This document shows, in pieces, positions 57,738-60,510 of a stretch of DNA of 60,510 nucleotides. Within the stretch, counting starts at the first letter, position 1. Each line of letters opens with the position of its first letter. Below the pieces are notes generated by a model. It was not told the origin of the DNA and did not search any database. It saw nothing but the letters and a program-made list of their open reading frames with translations. The DNA is from an uncultured Candidatus Saccharibacteria bacterium (GTDB lineage: Bacteria; Patescibacteriota; Minisyncoccia; Phycocordibacterales; SBAW01). The stretch is taken from positions 1 to 60,510 of the forward strand of contig CAYWFM010000002.1 in assembly GCA_964457915.1 (NCBI GenBank). Direction: 5' to 3'. The translations under genes were made by a program, and so were the position numbers.

Positions 57738-60062
57738 TTATGGGGTGGTTGTGGTCCCCGGGACAACCATATCAACATCACATACTCCTCCGACGCAAGC
57801 CAACTCTTTCTTTTGCTCGGTCTCATCGGTACGTTCGTAGAGTATGAGTTTTGAGTAGTCGATGGTGGGAAAATTTGTCATCAACGCGTCGTATCGTTTT
57901 TTGTCTATCGTTTCATATGGTGCTAGACGATAGATGTGATCGAAACGCGGCAAGAAGGAAAGGCCGCCGATAATGTCCCAGTTTTTCTGCACCCAATCGA
58001 CAACGCCAATCCACTCGTCTTCGCCAACTGAAATGGTGGCCGAAGGGTTGTGCTCGGTAAAATTAAGCTTAATCATCTTCCAGTATTCGAGTTGTTCGAG
58101 TGCGCTGAAATCGTCTTTAAATTTTGCGCTGTCTGGCGACTCAACCGGGAATTCAAGTACGTAGGTTGTGGCGTTTTCAGTGTTTTGGCCAACCTCTGGA
58201 TAGTAGGGCACCCCCTGGTCTTTGAGCATCTTGAAGAGTGAGTCGGTGGCAGAGATGCGCACACGGCGAATGTAGTATTTGGCGTGGCGTGGATGGATGC
58301 CCGAGGAGCAGTTGAAAGTTTGTGACACGGTGCCTGAAGGTTTTACCGCGGTCACCGACATGGCCGGAGCAATACCAAAACGCTTCGCATAATTTTCATT
58401 CGCTTTAACGACGAGGTCGCGCATGGCGCGCAGAGTCTGGGGGTCGCGCGCTGCTTCACTGTCCCACTGGCCGGTCACCGAGACACCAAGGAGCGCCTCT
58501 TGTTTGCAGTGCTCAGCCCACTCTGAGCTGATGTAGTTAAACTTGGTGAGAGATGCTTGGTAGGTACCCAAGAGAGCTGCGAGACGCGCCTTTCGCAAAA
58601 GTGTTTCAAACGTGTCGTGTGAGCGCGCGATAACTTCAGAGAGATTGCAGAACTGTTTTGACTGCAAAATAATCTCGCCGCACGGGTTAGTACCTATGGG
58701 GCCGTGTACTACTTGGTCACCATTGAGAAACCCTTGCTGCAAAAAGTTTGCAAGGCGACGCTTTGGTAGCGTGTTGGACAGTGACCCGCGGTTGAAGATG
58801 CCGCGCTCGCCCGACTGGCTCTTCATGAGCGCCACCCACTCCTCCATGAGCTCGGTGTTTGAGGGGCGTGTTTCATATACCGCAGAGTTGTTTGCGACCA
58901 TGCGGTAGGGTTCAGAAAGGTAAAACTGGCCCTTCTTTGCATCGCGCAGCTCGACGTCATCAAGATCAGAGAGACTGATCATTGCGGTGCGGCGCACACC
59001 GCCCGCCACGACACACTCGCCAATTTTGCAGATAACATCATGCACATCAATGGGGCGCAGGCGCCGACCTTGTCGGCGTAAAATCTTTTCGCGCGCAAAC
59101 TCTAAAAGTGAGCGCAGCGGTTCGGGGCCTGAAGCTTTGCCGCCCATCACTTTGAGTCGTGTTCCTGCAGGGCGCACGCCTGAAAAATCAAAATCAATGT
59201 CCTTGCCGCTGTACCATGTTTGTAAACCCAAAGTAAGCGCATCACACCAACCCTCTTTAGAGTCGGCGACCACATGGGTCGGTAGTTTCTTTTTTGATTG
59301 TTTTTGAATTTGGGGGAGCTGCTCGATATTTTGGCTTTCGACCGCAAAACCCACCCCACAGCCTTGCATCGAGAGATACATGATTTCGGCAAAGTCGGTG
59401 AGTTTGGTGGGGGCGATGAAGGTACAGTTGTAGGCGCAGGTGTTACAGCGGCGCGCTGCCTCACCAGCAAATTGCATAAGGCGCATCGATGGCATTACCT
59501 CTTGGCGCACAATAGCATCACGCACTTCGTCATACTCGCCGCCGGTCAATTTGTCTCCCAAATTTTCACGCATGAATGCGATATAGCGGTCGACCGTTTC
59601 AACCCATGTTTCGCGACGATTTTCGGGCTCTATCCAACGAGCGTATGTGCGCAGGTATACGAACTCACCGAGAGGGTTGCCGGTAAAGTATTGTTTACTG
59701 GCAGTCGCCAGAGCGCGCAGACGCTCGGGCACCTCTCCTTGTGCAGAGCGCATCTTTGAGCGTTCTGCGCGATAGAGAATGTATGCTTTTGCGGTGGCAG
59801 GGAAGTTGAGTGCCATGAGTTCGCGCTCAACTTCGTCTTGAACGCCCTCCACGGTTGGTATAGAGGATGGATTTTCAGTGAGAGATTTTTCAAGATGCAA
59901 TGTTACCGCGCGTGCTACCTGTTCGGGCGCCCCCTCGGTGAATTCTCCCGCAGCTTTCATCGCTTTGCCGACGGCAACGGCGATTTTAGTACTCGTAAAA
60001 GGTACCCGTGCACCATCACGTTTCAAAATGGCTTGCAATGCGGGTTGCTGTTTTAGCTGCAT
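57738..60062 (-). CDS. nrdJ: adenosylcobalamin-dependent (class II) ribonucleotide reductase
   Basis: 774 aa with an ATP-cone-like N-terminus (ILKRDGARVPFTSTKIAVAV) and the active-site motif TNPCGEIILQSKQFCNLSEV. Confidence 0.9.
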   Translation of the reverse strand: MQLKQQPALQAILKRDGARVPFTSTKIAVAVGKAMKAAGEFTEGAPEQVARAVTLHLEKSLTENPSSIPTVEGVQDEVERELMALNFPATAKAYILYRAERSKMRSAQGEVPERLRALATASKQYFTGNPLGEFVYLRTYARWIEPENRRETWVETVDRYIAFMRENLGDKLTGGEYDEVRDAIVRQEVMPSMRLMQFAGEAARRCNTCAYNCTFIAPTKLTDFAEIMYLSMQGCGVGFAVESQNIEQLPQIQKQSKKKLPTHVVADSKEGWCDALTLGLQTWYSGKDIDFDFSGVRPAGTRLKVMGGKASGPEPLRSLLEFAREKILRRQGRRLRPIDVHDVICKIGECVVAGGVRRTAMISLSDLDDVELRDAKKGQFYLSEPYRMVANNSAVYETRPSNTELMEEWVALMKSQSGERGIFNRGSLSNTLPKRRLANFLQQGFLNGDQVVHGPIGTNPCGEIILQSKQFCNLSEVIARSHDTFETLLRKARLAALLGTYQASLTKFNYISSEWAEHCKQEALLGVSVTGQWDSEAARDPQTLRAMRDLVVKANENYAKRFGIAPAMSVTAVKPSGTVSQTFNCSSGIHPRHAKYYIRRVRISATDSLFKMLKDQGVPYYPEVGQNTENATTYVLEFPVESPDSAKFKDDFSALEQLEYWKMIKLNFTEHNPSATISVGEDEWIGVVDWVQKNWDIIGGLSFLPRFDHIYRLAPYETIDKKRYDALMTNFPTIDYSKLILYERTDETEQKKELACVGGVCDVDMVVPGTTTTP

Positions 60063-60092
60063 ATATAAAATGTGTTACATTGATAAGTGTCT

Positions 60093-60123
60093 ATCTATGA
60101 TACGCATAGATGAGTATCTATGA
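60093..60123. promoter_or_regulatory. candidate operator: three ATCTATG half-sites in the nrdJ/arsR-like divergent region
   Basis: ATCTATG at 60093-60099, its inverted copy CATAGAT at 60105-60111, and ATCTATG at 60116-60122, which overlaps the regulator ATG at 60120. Confidence 0.4.
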
Positions 60124-60491
60124 ATCAACAACCACGAAAAAAGATGGGGATAAGAACCCCGAGAACAAAAAAAGAGCACGGTAAAGAGTTGACGCATGCT
60201 CGCCCGAGTTGGGTTACCAGTGGTGAGGAGGAGCTCTGCCCTGAATGTTTTAAGGTGGTAGGGGATCGCACCCGGTATAAGGTGGTCTGCATGCTTGGCA
60301 AAGAACCGACCGGTCTTACGGTGAAACAGCTTACTGAAAAAATAAAACTGAAACAGCCAACGGTGACACATCATCTTAATATATTGCGTTCAGTAAATGC
60401 GGTAGCTTCTGCCGACATGGGGCGCCAGCGAATATATACGCTCAACCGCGACGCACACTGTTTTGAGGACTGCAAGATCCCGTACGCCTAA
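60120..60491 (+). CDS. ArsR/SmtB-family winged-helix transcriptional regulator
   Basis: 123 aa with the sequence GDRTRYKVVCMLGKEPTGLTVKQLTEKIKLKQPTVTHHLNILRSVNAV. Confidence 0.7.
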   Translation: MNQQPRKKMGIRTPRTKKEHGKELTHARPSWVTSGEEELCPECFKVVGDRTRYKVVCMLGKEPTGLTVKQLTEKIKLKQPTVTHHLNILRSVNAVASADMGRQRIYTLNRDAHCFEDCKIPYA

Positions 60492-60510
60492 AGTTGCAAA
60501 AAATAGAAAG

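Noticed and set aside
60063-60119. A cobalamin riboswitch upstream of the nrdJ operon.
   Set aside because: The intergenic region is only 57 nt, far shorter than a B12 riboswitch aptamer, and no B12-box-like sequence is visible.

Overview
A 60.5-kb bacterial chromosomal window using the standard code: TGA acts as a stop (e.g. ftsX) and an RF2 gene is present. The content suggests a small-genome monoderm of the CPR/Patescibacteria (Parcubacteria-like) type; this is inference from gene content only. Layout: (1) 0-2.5 kb: DoxX-like protein, a glycosyltransferase and comF. (2) 2.5-16.3 kb: one uninterrupted type IV pilus locus, pilM-N-O-(P)-B-T-C, five tandem pilin genes, pilD, then five minor-pilin-like genes, with no secretin. 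(3) 16.4-20.7 kb: ligA, gatC, gatA and a membrane-anchored protein with an R-x4-H (HEPN-like) tail. (4) 20.8-31.3 kb: an accessory island that opens with two tRNA(CAT) genes and closes with tRNA-Asp. It carries a 2447-aa Sec-signal RHS/YD-repeat polymorphic toxin, small candidate immunity ORFs, and a 5'-truncated, frameshifted serine-recombinase remnant in AT-rich DNA. (5) 31.4-52.7 kb: mostly housekeeping and envelope genes (FAD oxidase, RND pump plus adaptor, peroxiredoxin, PG-binding protein, DKNYY protein, uppS, prfB, ftsEX, pyrG, MFS pump, TspO, nucleoside deoxyribosyltransferase) plus two tRNA-Thr. (6) 52.8-56.2 kb: a second accessory islet at tRNA-Gln with a GIY-YIG gene, small ORFs and repeat elements. 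(7) 56.2-60.5 kb: a cobalamin-salvage/class II RNR operon and a divergent ArsR-like regulator. The most unusual signal is at three tRNA genes (Met-CAT, Asp, Gln). Each is followed by an insert that ends in an exact 14-19-nt duplication of that tRNA's 3' end. Two of the inserts are non-coding and share a 78-nt core (69/78 identical) with a palindromic hairpin kept by a compensatory double substitution, and these two copies bracket the RHS island in direct orientation. Other notable points: two paralogous ~215-aa domains inserted in the RHS cage/core; concerted evolution of pilin 5' ends; an 11-nt tandem duplication that frameshifts a DUF1059 gene; and a domain-1-truncated RF2 whose ATG directly abuts the CCA of tRNA-Thr.
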